A DNA stretch of 63,728 nucleotides, filler included, from Rhabdomonas costata (GCA_019059605.1; 32 parts of 32 records of this genome joined end to end with filler, not necessarily neighbours in it), one strand, 5' to 3'. Positions 14,474 to 28,298 are shown, counted from the first letter of the whole stretch. A program made the numbers and translations. Notes: generated by a model from the sequence alone, not told the origin.

Positions 14474-17400
14474 GGGGACCGATGAGAAAAAAGCTCCTGT
14501 ATTTGGAACCCGGTCTTATTTCATATTTCTTGATCACGAACAGCCCTCTTGACCAAAAATTGCAGAGATGCCTCTGGCTCTATGTCTGCGTCTTTTTTGA
14601 CCACAGGGTGGTGGGTGATTTTTGTCATGCATTGCAACGGAGAGGATGGCGGAAATGGTTTTGGGAATGAAGAATAGTCCTTGGAAGGGTCCCTTTTTTT
14701 CCCAACGGTTCCTTTTTTCTCACTCCCGAGTATGAGTATTACGTGTGTGGTTTTATCGAGCGTTCGTTTTGTTGCGCGTATTCAGGGAGGTGATGCGAGA
14801 TTTTGTACACTGGGATTGCTATTTTTTTTTTGCTGTTTTCCGGAGATAAAGGATTGCTACAGTATGTGGGTGCTCGCTCAGCACCTGAAACAATATCACC
14901 CTTAACAGCTAAGCTATTACCCTTGGTGCTGGATGGGAGCTGGCTCGTCGAAATGGATTCTCTTTGTTAATGACTTTTTGCTTGGCAACGGTGGTGCCCT
15001 CCCTGAACGTTTGGCTGAGCCTCCGCGTTTTGTCCAGTCCCACAGTTTCCGTGTTTTGTACGGAGCAACAAACACAGTACTCCCATTTCAATGCCTCGTG
15101 CCATCCAGTTTTTGCTGTTCTTGCTGGCTTCGTTTCAAATATGTAGATATTTGAGGGAAGGGTCGATGTCCCCCACCTGCCTTGTTCGAAGCGGTTAGGC
15201 AGGAAGTCCTGTGCTTTTCGAAACTGCCGTATTCCCAGTGTCCTGTTCTATTCGTAGGACTCCGCGTTCCCCTTTGATTTGCCCCAACCGGTCACTGGAA
15301 ACCGCGGGCAATATACTGTTCCGTGTTAAGGTGCACAAAAAACACGAAGGCCTTTGTGAGGTCCACTTCCAGTTCACGTCATCACAGTAGCCCGGCGAAA
15401 GCGTGAAAACCAGGGGGATGGGGGGGGGGGCAGAAACCACCGCTTGCCTGCACAAAAAACTGCTTCGACAAAAAGCCAAATCAGACGGCGGTCATGTGGA
15501 CGATGGGTTCTTAGAAAACGGTGTAACCTGTCAATAAGTACTCGGGCCCACCTTTCTGTATCTACTTGTTTTCTTTGTGCAAGGATTGTTTCAACCCAAA
15601 AACACCTTCACGCCTTCTCAGCGTCCTGCTTTCAGCTGCGTGTGCTTGCTTGTGCTGTGGTCGTATTTCCAAAATGATGATCTTGGCGGCCCTCGGTAAC
15701 CTCTGCCGCAGCGTATCCTCGACCCAGAGCCCAGTTGCGCGCCCGGCCGCCCCTGTGGTGTGCCTCTTCTTCGTCTCAGTGGCTGCCGCATTTTTATGAA
15801 CGAGACGTGGGCAAATGAATGTAGACCTGGTGAACCTTCCGGCAAACCACTGAACACTAACACNNNNNNNNNNNNNNNNNNNNNNNNNNNNNNNNNNNNN
15901 NNNNNNNTTAATTAATTAANNNNNNNNNNNNNNNNNNNNNNNNNNNNNNNNNNNNNNNNNNNNTTGTGGTGTGTTGCCTACGATTCGTAATCGAGCATAC
16001 CCAATAATAGCGATCAGTTTATTACAATATTTTCTTCTTTTTTCGCCAGAGAAAAGCCGAGAAATATCATCGTCCTCCTGAAAGTCCTGAGCGCAAAAAG
16101 AAGAAAATATTGTAATAAACTGATCGCTATTATTGGGTATGCTCGATTACGAATCGTAGGCAACACACCGCGGCGAACATAGAAGGTTCATGCCCATCGG
16201 TCCCGAAGAAGGCATCCATTGTTTCCCTAATACAGCGCAGCAGAAAACTTCTGCACCCCGATGGTAAGGACTGCGAAATCTCGCCAGTAAAATTGGTTAC
16301 GCTGGTGGATGTAGCAAGAAATTCGCCGGACTTGGGGCAGGCATCAGAGATAAGGGATGACTTCATTTCCTACTTCCTTGAGCACCGACATTACTATCGG
16401 AAAAAGAACCACGCATGCATCACCGGCTGCGCTCAAAGCCCACGGAGAGACACTACCTGAGATGCGTCGAGGTATAGGAAGAAAGATGTCGGACTTTGCG
16501 GCGTCCACTATAGCAGTTGTAGCCCCTGGGTGTATATATTGGCCGTTTTGCTCCTTTAGGTCTGATGGAGTGAAGTTCTTTCTCCCAAATTTGAATGAGA
16601 AAAGGTGTGGCCACTGCATTCAAGATGTATTCCTACTCCGCATGATGCACCTACGTGACATCATGCTACGTGATGATAGTGTATGTGTTTTCCTAACGGG
16701 TATGAAAGAGTAAAAGGCCTTTTATGCATTCCTATCTGCGATGCCTTCTACTACGCATGCGCCACAGGCAGACTCGGAAACCAATGGACCAGTCTCATTA
16801 TCAAGCACAGGCAGGGCAAGGTCTCTCAAAAAAGGGATATGTGAAAAGAGCATTCAGAGAACTCAGAGCACTCAGTGTGCAAGGTCGCCTATAATACAGT
16901 ACATGGACAGGTTCGTCACGAGCTTAACAGCAGAGCATATGCCGACGTAAAGAAGTCTTTACATCAAAGAGCGCAACGCAAAAAAGTAAACGGATCAAAG
17001 GCATGACAAGTAGTCAATGTTGTTTGAGCACATCAAAGAGGTAAGAACAGGAGAACTGGCTTCATTTTTCTTCTGGCAATGCCGTCGAGGGAGGTTCCGC
17101 AGAGGAAGGGCCGCCCGAAGGGGGAAGGTCGTAGTTGTGCGCATATCTTTTCATAATTTCCTCCACACTACACAGAAAAAGGGCACGAACCCTTTGCAGA
17201 AAAAAAAATAGAATCACACACCCAATCCCTCCCCTCGCATCCACTCTGTATTTTTTCCTCCTCCCTCTCTGTTCGGTGTTCTTTGTTCTTTACGACAAAT
17301 GTTGTGTGCGGGACCTTGGGCACTGGACCGTTTATTTGCCTGTGACATACAATTAGCAGGACTGCTGGGATACACACGACGTTATTACCTTCATAGGTTT

Positions 17401-17582
17401 TACGCTTCACGAGTGTCGAGGTCGTCTGAACAATAAGCGGACAAAAAAGAGACCTGCACCAACCGTTCTGAATGTGAATCCATTGACATCCAGACGCTTT
17501 TCTGCGGGTCCTGGGTGAACTGAGGTGAGGCGCCAAGACACACAAAAAGACAGCATCACAGAGATGGTCGACACTGCGGCAC

Positions 17583-17650
17583 CTGGACAGATAGCTGTTA
17601 AAGTATTTCTTGTGGAGACGAAGACATCGCACGGAGCCCTTCGCCATCAC
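17583..17650 (-). CDS. Probable cyclic-nucleotide-binding domain exon
   Basis: An AG/GT-bounded exon encodes VMAKGSVRCLRLHKKYFNSYLS, resembling the cNMP-binding domain end (TVxAxxxxxCLxLxxxxF). Confidence 0.45.
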
Positions 17651-18503
17651 CTAAGTAATAATGGGACGCGCATAGAAAAAGGCGTGTGTGCGGTGTGTGT
17701 GTGTGTGTGTACGCGCGCGCGCGCGCGCACGCACGCTCACCCAACCACCCACCAACCCACTTCTACTAAGATTTAAATCGAAGACGACCCACTAAGATTT
17801 AAATCGAAGACAACCCTTCTATTTTATTCGAAGGTACATTACGGAATTACGGAATTCTNNNNNNNNNNNNNNNNNNNNNNNNNNNNNNNNNNNNNNNNNN
17901 NNTTAATTAATTAANNNNNNNNNNNNNNNNNNNNNNNNNNNNNNNNNNNNNNNNNNNNGGTGGTGTGGAGGTGAAACAATCCCAGACGAACAGGAAGGAA
18001 AAAAGGGAAAGAAAAGGGAAGTACAGTAACCTTAATTCCTACAGTAATCCAGAGGTTGGGTGCAAGAGTCGCAGTATGCGCACACATAGACACAGTAAAC
18101 AAGCGGTCGTGGTTAAAAACTCCTTTACGACCCTTAAGTGGGTGTCGTTGGAAAAAGAGAGTCCTGGACACTGAAGGGAACATTGGCCTAGACTGACGTC
18201 CACCAGAAAAGCACCGGGCCTTTGTGGCTGACTTTTAACCAACAACGCCCCCTTGCATGTAGCAACAGCTACCGGTTGCAAATCCAGATTTCGAATCCGT
18301 GAAACCTCTCCGAGCATGCCTATCGGTCTTTCTCCGAGAAAGCCTAATCATTAATTAATGAGCAATGCACGACCTTTGTCTACGCTCACGCTTCGTGACT
18401 GCTGCTCGCGAATTAGAACGTGGAGTTTGGGCGATTCGCACGACAGCAGAATTTTATGGTGAAGGGAACAGCGGGTGGGAATGTCCAGGAAGGTGCAAGG
18501 CAC

Positions 18504-19648
18504 CAGGACCTCCACCAGGGCATCCGCCACGGCCTCCGGGTTGAGCATGGTGCCCAGGTTGCGGTACTCCGGGGGCTTCTGGTAGTGCGCCACAGTGGCC
18601 CACCGGCGGCGGGTGGGGCAGGTGCTGCCCTCCGTAACCCCACAGTTGCGGTGCAGAAGCGCACGGGCATGCCTAAGCCCAATGTACGGCGGAGGGGGGC
18701 AGCAATGGATCTGATGGACCTCATATAGACTTAGCAGGAGAATGCCATCGGGTTAAATTTGGACCAAAACGCCACGGCAATCAAGCAGAAAAGCTCTAAG
18801 ATTCATGCTCGGTTCTGAAGAGTGAAGCTTCTTGAACTCCTACATCCCAGAAAACGGAGTATGGTTTTCACAACCACCCTTACAACCACAGACAGTATCA
18901 CATGCACACTCCAGCCAGACTAGTTTGAGAAATTACGAGCCCGTAAGTGCGTTCGCGCCACCGAGAGGGCCACCGCACATCGAGGCACACTAGATTTCTT
19001 CAGACTCAGACCACAGACCCTTGCTACAGTGCAGGTGAGAAGCACTGGACAAGGACTGGACAGGGCACAACTGAGAGGAAGCATTCGAGAAAGCGAGTCG
19101 AGCGAGAAGTTAGAGCCCCGCTCCCCCCAACATTGATCCCAACCCGTCCACTACGGAAGCCCAACAAGGAAAAAACGCAGAAGGACAGTACCTGAAGAAC
19201 GGCGAGAACAGAGCGATGTGGCGGTGGTTGTATGGCCCCGTCAGAAGGTCAAAGCGGGAGTGCCCAAGAAGGGCCTCCTCAAAGCACAGCAGCGAATCCT
19301 TTGGTCGAAGGCGTGAAACAAAAACAAAAGAGGAGGCGCAGATTGATACAAGCACAGCAGTTACCACAGCCACCACACACACAGCAGCTCCAGAAACACT
19401 TGCAAGTACCGAAAATTCCATCCAGACCTGGATCCGAATGAACGCTCCCAAAGCCAACGACCCCTAAGATCGAACTGAGTTTAATCATTTTGTCGTCGTG
19501 AAGCTCACTGCGATTGTTCGACACCAATACAACCCCAAAAGAAGAATACATCAAAGCCTCTCCCCTCTCCCCCGTGCACTTCACATTCACAAAACTCACC
19601 GACGTTGGCGCGTGCTCTTTCAGCAGCTGGGATAGCTCCAGGGTGGCT
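18504..19648 (-). CDS. Glycosyltransferase family 61-like fragment; exons ~19648-19600, 19298-19192, 18672-18504
   Basis: Spliced product: LSQLLKEHAPTS|DSLLCFEEALLG...FSPFFR|HARALLHRNCG...TVAHYQKPPEYRNLGTMLNPEAVADAL. This resembles the GT61 CFxxAxxG and R..N..EV..AL motifs. Confidence 0.5.
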
Positions 19649-20404
19649 CTTGGAAAGGCAATGGAATAGAACAGCGACATGTGCTCACACCGCGCTGGCG
19701 AGGCCGTGTACCAAGCCTAAACATGAAGATGACAAGGAAGCAGACAACACTGACAGTAGCAATGAGCGGTCGAGAATGCGGAGGAGAAGGAGGAGACATA
19801 CCAATGACCATGGAGACGGAAACCTGTCAAGTGAGCAGAGCGTACAACACCACNNNNNNNNNNNNNNNNNNNNNNNNNNNNNNNNNNNNNNNNNNNNTTA
19901 ATTAATTAANNNNNNNNNNNNNNNNNNNNNNNNNNNNNNNNNNNNNNNNNNNNGGGTGGTGGGGGTAGCGCCCCGGTCCGCTGCAGGCAGACCTGAACGT
20001 GACAGTGGAACTGGAAGGCACAACACTGGCTGCAGGGAATGGCGAACCTAGCCATCATAGCCACATAGCTCCCCCCTATTGTTCCGCGTCCAGATGGGGT
20101 CCTGATGCTGTGCCATTTGAGAACCAGTTTGAGTGCCGGTTGAAAGTTGCGACACAACAGCAGGAACCGAAGCCACTCCGTGGCGCGACCAGAGCGGCGG
20201 TTGAGACGGGACCAAGGCACAGTGGGGCTTGAAACGACAAGTACGGAAAATGCCACGCAGCAAAAGCTAAAATGCTATTTGGGCCTGAACACAACGCCCA
20301 CCAGAAAGAGCAAGAACATCAGCCGAAGAAGAGAGAGCAATCCGCCGAGAACAATCTGCATCAGATGTAAGGAAATCGGAGGGGCAGGGAGGAGAGGAAA
20401 AAGG

Positions 20405-21115
20405 GAGGAGAAGTCAAGAAAACGGATTCGCTCACCAGAGCCTCGGTGTAAGCAGACAACATTCTCTCGTTGCCTGGGGCTTGGGGAAGGCCGGATTTGG
20501 ACCCAACACCCTCCTTCCCCGCCAGGAAGTCCACGGTGGCCTCCAACGTGACCACAGCCTCTGCGGGCAACTCCCGGGGCTGCGCCAGGGATCGTGAATG
20601 CTTAAGGAGTTCATCTGCGGAGGGCTGCTTTTCAGAGACCTTTGGAGATGCCATTGCGGCCAACGCAGCGGGCGGGGATGGGAGCTGCGCTTTTGTGACG
20701 GGCTGTGCAGGGGAGAGGTCTGGGATGGGATCGGAAGGCAGCTCCTGGGTGAGTTCAGAGATGCTAGCTGTGGACAGGATGTGCTCCGAGGGGGCGGAGG
20801 CCATCATCGCTGGGCCCCAGATCTGGCAATGCTCCGCAGAGAAGCAGGAGTAGAAAGCACCCGGAGTGCCTTCCGGTGTGACGCCTGGGGACCCTAAAGA
20901 ACTGGTGGTGTCCAGGTCGTTGTGCAGGAGGATGAAGGGAAAGGCTTCGGAGAGGTTCTTCGCCATCAAAGGGAGGTGGCTACGAGTGTAATCAGTGTAG
21001 TCGGGGAAGCAAGAGAGACTGATGGAGGAGCAGAACGAGCACCAAGAAAAGAGTTCATGGCGCAGTTGGTCTGGAGGTAAGTGGCGAGGGCGTCCAACGT
21101 CGTAGAGTTTAGTTC
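20405..21115 (-). CDS. Long exon of a hypothetical protein
   Basis: Open, GC-rich, coding-like frame of more than 200 aa (ORF 20361..21158) with no recognisable domain. Boundaries are approximate. Confidence 0.45.
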
Positions 21116-21975
21116 CTCGCCTTAAACAGAAGCGCAGCGGAATAAGCTGATCCAGCACTCAAATCCACCCCTCCAAGTGAATTGTGAGGGACAATGAGAG
21201 GTTCTACCCGCGTATGGATTTTACACAGCGTTGTATGCCTAGGGCCGATATTCACGTCATTGTAAGAGGTGCCCAGACAACCCTCACCAACATACCTACC
21301 ATGGGATGCCCCGTAAATCACCGTCTTGTTTCTAAATAAGCCGTGCCGTATATTCGTGTTCACCCATTCCAGAAAAAAAAACAGGGGCACGCAACAGTAA
21401 CCCAATTCAGGGGCACACCAAACGACGGGAGGGAAAAGGAGCAGAGCTCCAGTTTCTCTCTGGTGTTTACTGAGCCGCATAAAAGTTGGGCTTGCTGCAA
21501 ACGCACAAACTCGACTGACACACAAGCCTAGAAAAAGTCAACCTGCCACTGCTATCAATCTGCCGGGCAACCCACCACACCTCCTCACCAAGGCCGAAAG
21601 GGCACTCGGGTGCAGCCTTGTGCGGGACGCCCGATCCCTGATCCACACCCAGCAAATAGGCAAGGTACTTCTAAAGTTATTGTCCCGACCGGAGTCGTCT
21701 TCCATGGAAGGGATTTGGGGGGGGGGGCACCATTCAGTATCAAATGCAGCAACAGTAGGACTTTCACATCCCAGCCGACCTACAGCAGAGGGCGACCAAA
21801 GTGACAAGCAAAAAAAACAGGGGCACGCAACAGTAACCCAATTCAGGGNNNNNNNNNNNNNNNNNNNNNNNNNNNNNNNNNNNNNNNNNNNNTTAATTAA
21901 TTAANNNNNNNNNNNNNNNNNNNNNNNNNNNNNNNNNNNNNNNNNNNNGTGGTGGGTGTGTTTGGTGTTTGTGGG

Positions 21976-22390
21976 CATCCCCTCGAACCCTGCGCAGCCA
22001 ACGGAGCAGCCTTTGGAGTCCTCGACGGCTTTCGCGGAGAAGCTCAAGGAGCTGCTGCCTGCCATGGTGTTGGCGGACTACTCTGCCTCCTTCGAAAAGT
22101 TGTTCACCCCCCCCCGTACCTTACCGCTTTTCCGTGAGCGGCAGTCAGGCCAGAGTTATAGCTGGATCAAAATAGTATGTTGTATTATCTCCTGTCTAGC
22201 TTAGCAGCCGTTAATGACCCAAAGAATAGGTTTTTGTTGTGCCTTCCAACCCTTTCATCACAGGCTGGATCTCCCCCCGGTGCTGAAGAATGCCGTGATT
22301 CTGCACCGGGGGCAGCTCACGCCCAACTTCCAGTACCTCACCCAGCACCTGGCGGCCGCCGAGGCCGAGGGCGCAGAGGAGGACCATTGA
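21976..22390 (+). CDS. C-terminal exons of a hypothetical protein (~21976-22098, 22264-22390)
   Basis: ...AFAEKLKELLPAMVLADYSASFEK|LDLPPVLKNAVILHRGQLTPNFQYLTQHL...DH* joins in frame through a GT-AG intron. Confidence 0.45.
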
Positions 22391-23150
22391 TCGATGCGAG
22401 CGTTGTCTTCCTCCTTTTGTTTTGGTTCAATTTGCAGGTCACAACTCGAGCGTACCGCGTGGAAACGTCCACTACTATGGTGTCTCTTTTTTCTTGTGAA
22501 GTCTGAAAAAGGAAGTGAAACAGCTCGCCTTGCCAATGCAATACCTGTGGTCAGGTGAGTATGTGCCCACTATTTTGCTTGCGGACGAGAATAATACGTT
22601 ACATCATTTAAGGTCATTTAAGGCAGTCCAGGCCAGGAACTGGCTGATCTCCGCCACTTAACTAATGCCGTCCAACTCGCCCAATAACGGGTCAGCCCTT
22701 ACCCAGCAGATTTTTTTTTGGAGTGCTAGCCTTACCCCCTTAATTACATTAGCAGTGTTCGCTGTCATCACTGGTTACAACTCGCAGCCCCCCCCCCCCC
22801 ACGGACCGTGTCACGACTACGAGCAAGGTTCCGTTTGACGTTGACTTGACTTGTGGGGTGATGGCTTCTCCCAGGATATCCTCCCAGAAGTCAGAAATAA
22901 GGTGCCCCTTTAATTTGTTGGGGTGGGGGTAATCTCTTCGGTCATTCGTCTTCATGGAGCATTTTTCCTGTGGCATGTTTTTTGCTTCCCAGCCCTCCGC
23001 GGCTCTTCACGAAATTTCGCAGTTTCTGTGGCCGTACTTTTGTCCTATTGTACTTTCAAAAGATGCCGATCAGAATACACTGTTGGTATGATATGGGCTC
23101 CTTTGCTTTCTGGGACGCTTCCGCTTCCCCCCTGCACAACGCCTTCTAAA

Positions 23151-23781
23151 ATGCCCGATAATTTGCGCCTTGGACTGATCGCTGTGGCGGTCAGTCTGGC
23201 TTGGGCTGCCCTTCTGCTCTTTTCGGAGTGGAATCTCTCTGGCACTCTAGCTGCCCACCCTCAGGTGATCTGTGAGCTCCGAGCCAACGTGTGCTCCCCT
23301 TTGGATTGGGGACATTTTCAATCAAATCGCAGGCTAAGGTCATTAGTGCGGGCAGCAAGTATGTCAGTTGCGGCTTATTTTTGTTCCGTTGACAGGTCCA
23401 TGTTTCGGGACATCCAGAGTAAGACCATATCATCGAGGAATTTCTCATTAACTTGTGGATATTGTTGGATGCATGGCGGGAAGGCCCGTTTGTCTCGGAG
23501 TCTTTGGGTTGCCTGAGCCTTTGCTATAGAGCCCTTACCCCCTGAAATTGCCTTCCCTTCAAGTGATGCAGAAGCAACGCCTGGCCTCTCCACCGCTCGC
23601 CCTGCCCGAACCAATGCATCCCTCCCGGTGCACCCGCCATCGGAACGGATCTGTGTGAGCTACGTCACGGGAAAGTCTGCCAGTGCGGGTTTTGCGGACG
23701 CGCATGCGAAGCGGGACAATGCCATGCTGGTGGCGCTCGAGCTAAGCCGTTTCAACGTCTGCTATGTTCACCAGCCGCTAG
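23151..23781 (+). CDS. Type II membrane protein 5' exons, possibly a Golgi glycosyltransferase
   Basis: MPDNLRLGLIAVAVSLAWAALLLFSEW (N-terminal anchor) ends at the donor after 23264. A downstream exon reads ...AMLVALELSRFNVCYVHQPL. Confidence 0.35.
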
Positions 23782-23943
23782 GTCGGCTTTTTGAGCCTGT
23801 GCATGTGGTAAATTGTTGCCTTGTTGTCACTTAAAATCGCGATNNNNNNNNNNNNNNNNNNNNNNNNNNNNNNNNNNNNNNNNNNNNTTAATTAATTAAN
23901 NNNNNNNNNNNNNNNNNNNNNNNNNNNNNNNNNNNNNNNNNNN

Positions 23944-24864
23944 TGTGGGTGGCCAGGCCCTGGTACCGCATTTCCTGCACCGTGCGCACCAAGTCGCCGT
24001 TGAAGAAGGGCTCCGCAGTATCCAGAAGGGCGTTTGGGGCGATGGCCTGGAAGCGGGTCTGCCACTGGCTCTGCACGGCCAGGATGTTGTTCCAGTCCGT
24101 GAAGTGAGCGAGGGTGAAGTTCTGCTGCAGAAGGATCTGATGCGGAATATTCAGAAGACCCGAAGACCCCTGCTTATCGCTTACTTCCTTGCCAGTGGGG
24201 TAAACAATTGGACGAAGGGGTGCCACCAATGGGGCGCACCCCACGTCGCCACCGCACTGAAGATTGCCAAAGAGGTGGCAACAACGTTGGCCTCGATTGC
24301 CCAGCGTCGTTCTGTGTGCGTCTGCTTGGTATCGGAGCAACGGCTATGGTCCTGGTGGGGTGCGCATATCTGAGAGGTCGCCTTCGTTCGCTCACGCATC
24401 ATATGAGACACCGGACAGGAAAACATCAGATTTCACAAGGCATTCAGATGGGGGTTTGGGAAAATTATAGGTCCATTCATCGCACCCTACGAGCCACCGC
24501 GGTATTAATAATGGATATGATTACTAAGAGCAAGAAGACCCATGTGGAGGTAAAGGTAAGCGAAAGCTGAAACTGTTCCCCAGAAGAGCAAGAAGAGGAA
24601 GGCAGACAACAGGAAGAGAAGTCCGCAAAGGGTGTCCCACATTCTAATCGCCCCTTACTCGTGAAAAACCTGGAAAACCGAGAAAGGCAAGGGCCAACTA
24701 CAAGGACAAAGAAGGATGCACGAACACACCATGCCCACGGTGTGGCGCTCCCGCTCGAAGGCCATCTTCGTGCGGGACCACGAGACCAGGGCCTGAGCGT
24801 ACTCCACCGTGGCCGTGTCGGCAAGGGTGGCGGTGCGGTCAACATAGTCGAGAAGATTGTCCAG
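23944..24864 (-). CDS. NIT (nitrate/nitrite-sensing) domain protein fragment; exons 24864-24730, 24136-<23944
   Basis: ...EYAQALVSWSRTKMAFERERHTVGM|ILLQQNFTLAHFTDWNNILAVQSQWQTRFQAIAP...VQEMRYQ fits the NIT pattern K....ER....F......Q......F...A......V..MR. Confidence 0.65.
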
Positions 24865-27800
24865 CTGAAGGAAGGCCCCATACAGCACAGGTCAGCCCCA
24901 TTAATGGCCTCATATACTGGACTAAACGCGAACTCAAACCCGCGAGACCCGGTGTGACATATACAGAAACCCAAACTAACCAAATTAAATAACACATACC
25001 CAATCATACATAACGTTGCCGTCATAGCTGGCTGGTTTCCGTGTTTCGGGACAGAAGAAACAGGGCCGCAAGACGATGACAGGCTCTTCAACAGCTGACA
25101 TCAGCTCGTTTCATGGGGGCATGTTCGTCTGCAGCAACCCTAATCCAGAGATAAAGGGTTTATCTGAAAGCAGCAGAAACCGTACAGCTGGGCAAAGGGG
25201 TAGTGGAGGATCAAGGAAAGACTCACCGAGAAATCTGAATAACTTGAGCAGTTCTTTGTGAACCCCACATAAACCTCGGAAAAATCCTTTCCCAGGGGTC
25301 GGCAAAGAAAAGGGCATTGAACGAACATAATTTCTCTCGCTCTATTCTCTCCTTCTTTTGTGTTTCCCGACAAGGGCAACTGACATAGCCGTGTGCATAC
25401 TGGTTGGTGGAAAGTTGGCTGAATAACGGAGTGTTTGGTTCCATGCCTGACCACTGCACCCCATCTTTGATCAATTACAGCAGAGAAAGGCACGAGAAAG
25501 GTACTAGATTGCAGACCTACACATCAACGTAGCTATGAGTTACCCTTTGTGATGAAGTGCATCCCCACTCTTACGTGCGAACTATGCTTCTTTTGCTTTT
25601 CGTTGCTTCTTCGGGACTTCAAAGCAAAAAATATTTCACCGCTGCATTTGTCCGTAGAGGTGGGCCCATGATGCTTAGCGTATAGGCTCTGGAAGGTACA
25701 ACTTCTGCACATGGGTCGCTAAGGCCTCCATAACCAGAGATCCATACCATTTCCTTCGATCAGGTCTACTTTATTTCACACTCCGTACTGCCGTGTCAGC
25801 CGAAGGGCACCAAACCTGGACCCCCACAAAANNNNNNNNNNNNNNNNNNNNNNNNNNNNNNNNNNNNNNNNNNNNTTAATTAATTAANNNNNNNNNNNNN
25901 NNNNNNNNNNNNNNNNNNNNNNNNNNNNNNNGTGTGTTGTTGCCTTATAGGTGATAGCTTTTATTTCCAACAAAAGCTATCACCTATAAGGCAAGAACAC
26001 TTCCGTTTGACAACGTTTCCAAGACTCTTTGCCGCGGGCAAAACCCTCCCACGTGTCACAAACCCCACACCAGCAATGTAGCATTGGTATTCGCAGCCCT
26101 TGAGACCCGTCATTAGAGACCTTGTCTGGGAACATTTTATGAATGTACCCGGAAAGTTTTCTTCATGAAAGACCCCAAATGAAGAAAAATAAAGTGCTGT
26201 GAAGAGAAAATAGCGCCGACAGCGCGATCTTTTTTGGTGGCCCCGTGGTTGAACTGTTGAGTTGATGAGTCGTGAAATTTGTGGCCGGCTGCATAAAGGT
26301 CGGGTTTAAAGCCATCCACGGGTTGTGAACTGTTCACTGAACAACGCAGAAACATTATTATCCCCAAATGTCCCCCCACACACACAACAGCACAAACTCA
26401 GGAAAGGAGCTAAAATTTGTCGTGCGCCGTAAATCTCAGCCAAACACACACAGACACATACAAAGAAAATACTGTCCCAATCACCCAAAACAAAGAGAAG
26501 GGAAGTGTCCGACGAATACCAAAAGACGAAATCGGCAGAAAAGGCAGAAAGCGAAAAGGATCTTAGGAAATTCTCGAGAAAAAAAGACGTAACTTAGCAC
26601 TTAACAAGCAAATGGCATCGGAGGAAATAACGCGTGGAAGAGGGAACGAAGCTTAAAGGTTTCAGAGTTTCCGTTTTGTACAACTCTGGGCGCGTTTGGA
26701 GACACTTCTTTTTTTTTTTGCGGAAGGGAGTGGTGTTAAATGGTTGTCTTCATTGACTACTTTAATACACTTTTCACCGTTTTCAGTCGATCCAACATCG
26801 GTAATCCGCCCGGCGGGGACCAAAGAATCCAACAATCCCCCACATACGTTTACGCTTTTGATCTGCACGGATATGAAAGCTCACCAACTCCCCCAAGACA
26901 GCGACCACACCTCAGCGGCCCCAATCCAGCCGCCACGGCGCTGGCGTTTGCCCCTACAATAACTCTGTCCCGTTAAACTGCGGGCCCTTCCGAGGCAAAG
27001 GCACCAAAGTTCGCCCTCTAAACCATTAAAAATAACAAGCACAAGGCAGAGCATAACAAAAGTCCTTGTCGAATCGTTTAATAAGATTAAGTCAAACAAC
27101 AAAATCAAAGCCCTTGCCGGCAGTTAGCCGTTTGACAACGTTACATCGCATAACCCCTCCCCCGAAAAAAAACGTGCATGGTGGATCCACGCTTGGTATG
27201 AGCAATCAAAAAGGAGACACACCTCCCGAGAAGAACGCTGCACCTGAGAACGCCAGTAGCCCTTGAGGCACAGACCAGATGTACTGCTTCATGGAGACGC
27301 CGCTCGACGGGCTTAGTAGAAGAAAGAGTGGGAGGTGGTCCGACATGCTGCCTGTGCAGCAGAGGAAAACGCAAACAAAGTAAGGACAAAGAATGCTGCG
27401 GAAAACAAATAGAAAGAAGCAAAACACACACACACACACACACATGTATACACACACAGAGCAGTCTGAACACCCGAAACGCAGGGGAGAGACGTGTTGG
27501 CGATCGCAGGGTCTGCAAGATGAAGATCATAACGCGTGAGAAATGGGGCGCTCGTGACAAGCACCAATTTTCTGGAAGATTGCGGGAAGATATGACGAGT
27601 CTGCATTGCGAGGGAGCTTCGCATAAATGCGAGGTACGGTGTGAATTCGCACAGGTAAATTTGTCGGCTATGTTTTGCGTAACTTCGTCAGTTCACAAGA
27701 GAGTCTGGATTCAGGGCAACTGATGACAGGGCAAGGTGCGGTGGACACTTTCGTGTGGCAAACAAACGATAAAGCGACTGATACGGATCCTCAGGCAGTG

Positions 27801-28298
27801 CCCCTTGTGCATAGGAACGCATAATTNNNNNNNNNNNNNNNNNNNNNNNNNNNNNNNNNNNNNNNNNNNNTTAATTAATTAANNNNNNNNNNNNNNNNNN
27901 NNNNNNNNNNNNNNNNNNNNNNNNNNTGTTGTGTTGTGCACTTGGTGCTGGTTTTAGGCATGCGTTGGAAGGTTTCTGTAAAGTACAGTTCGATGAAGTC
28001 ATGTGAGCTTCGAGCCCATGGTACGGAAGGTGCTGTGCGGTCGATCTTCGGTCTATCTCCTTGCGTGCCCCCCCCCCTTCCTTTATTTTTCACTCTCTTC
28101 CCCCAAGCCCTCTTTCTTGTAGTCCTTCTTTGCGGCCAACGCGAGAGAGTTCCCGAGGGCTTTCTTTGTAAGCTGGGGGTGCCTGCATCCCCTTTTTGCC
28201 CACACTGCCGTCCTGGGCCGTGACCTCACCACACCCTTGCTATACCACTCAAAGTAGAGCTTGATCGGGTAAGCAAGTGTGGGCGTGTGCCTGTGAGA

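Noticed and set aside
16170-16950. Possible mobile-element remnant
   Set aside because: Only short ORFs, with no identifiable domain or termini.
18413-18724. ORF starting MRSIRSIAAPLRR as a mitochondrial presequence
   Set aside because: A different frame on the same strand splices in phase into the GT61-like gene.
23945-24373. Plus-strand 142-aa ORF
   Set aside because: It is the antisense shadow of the NIT-domain exon.
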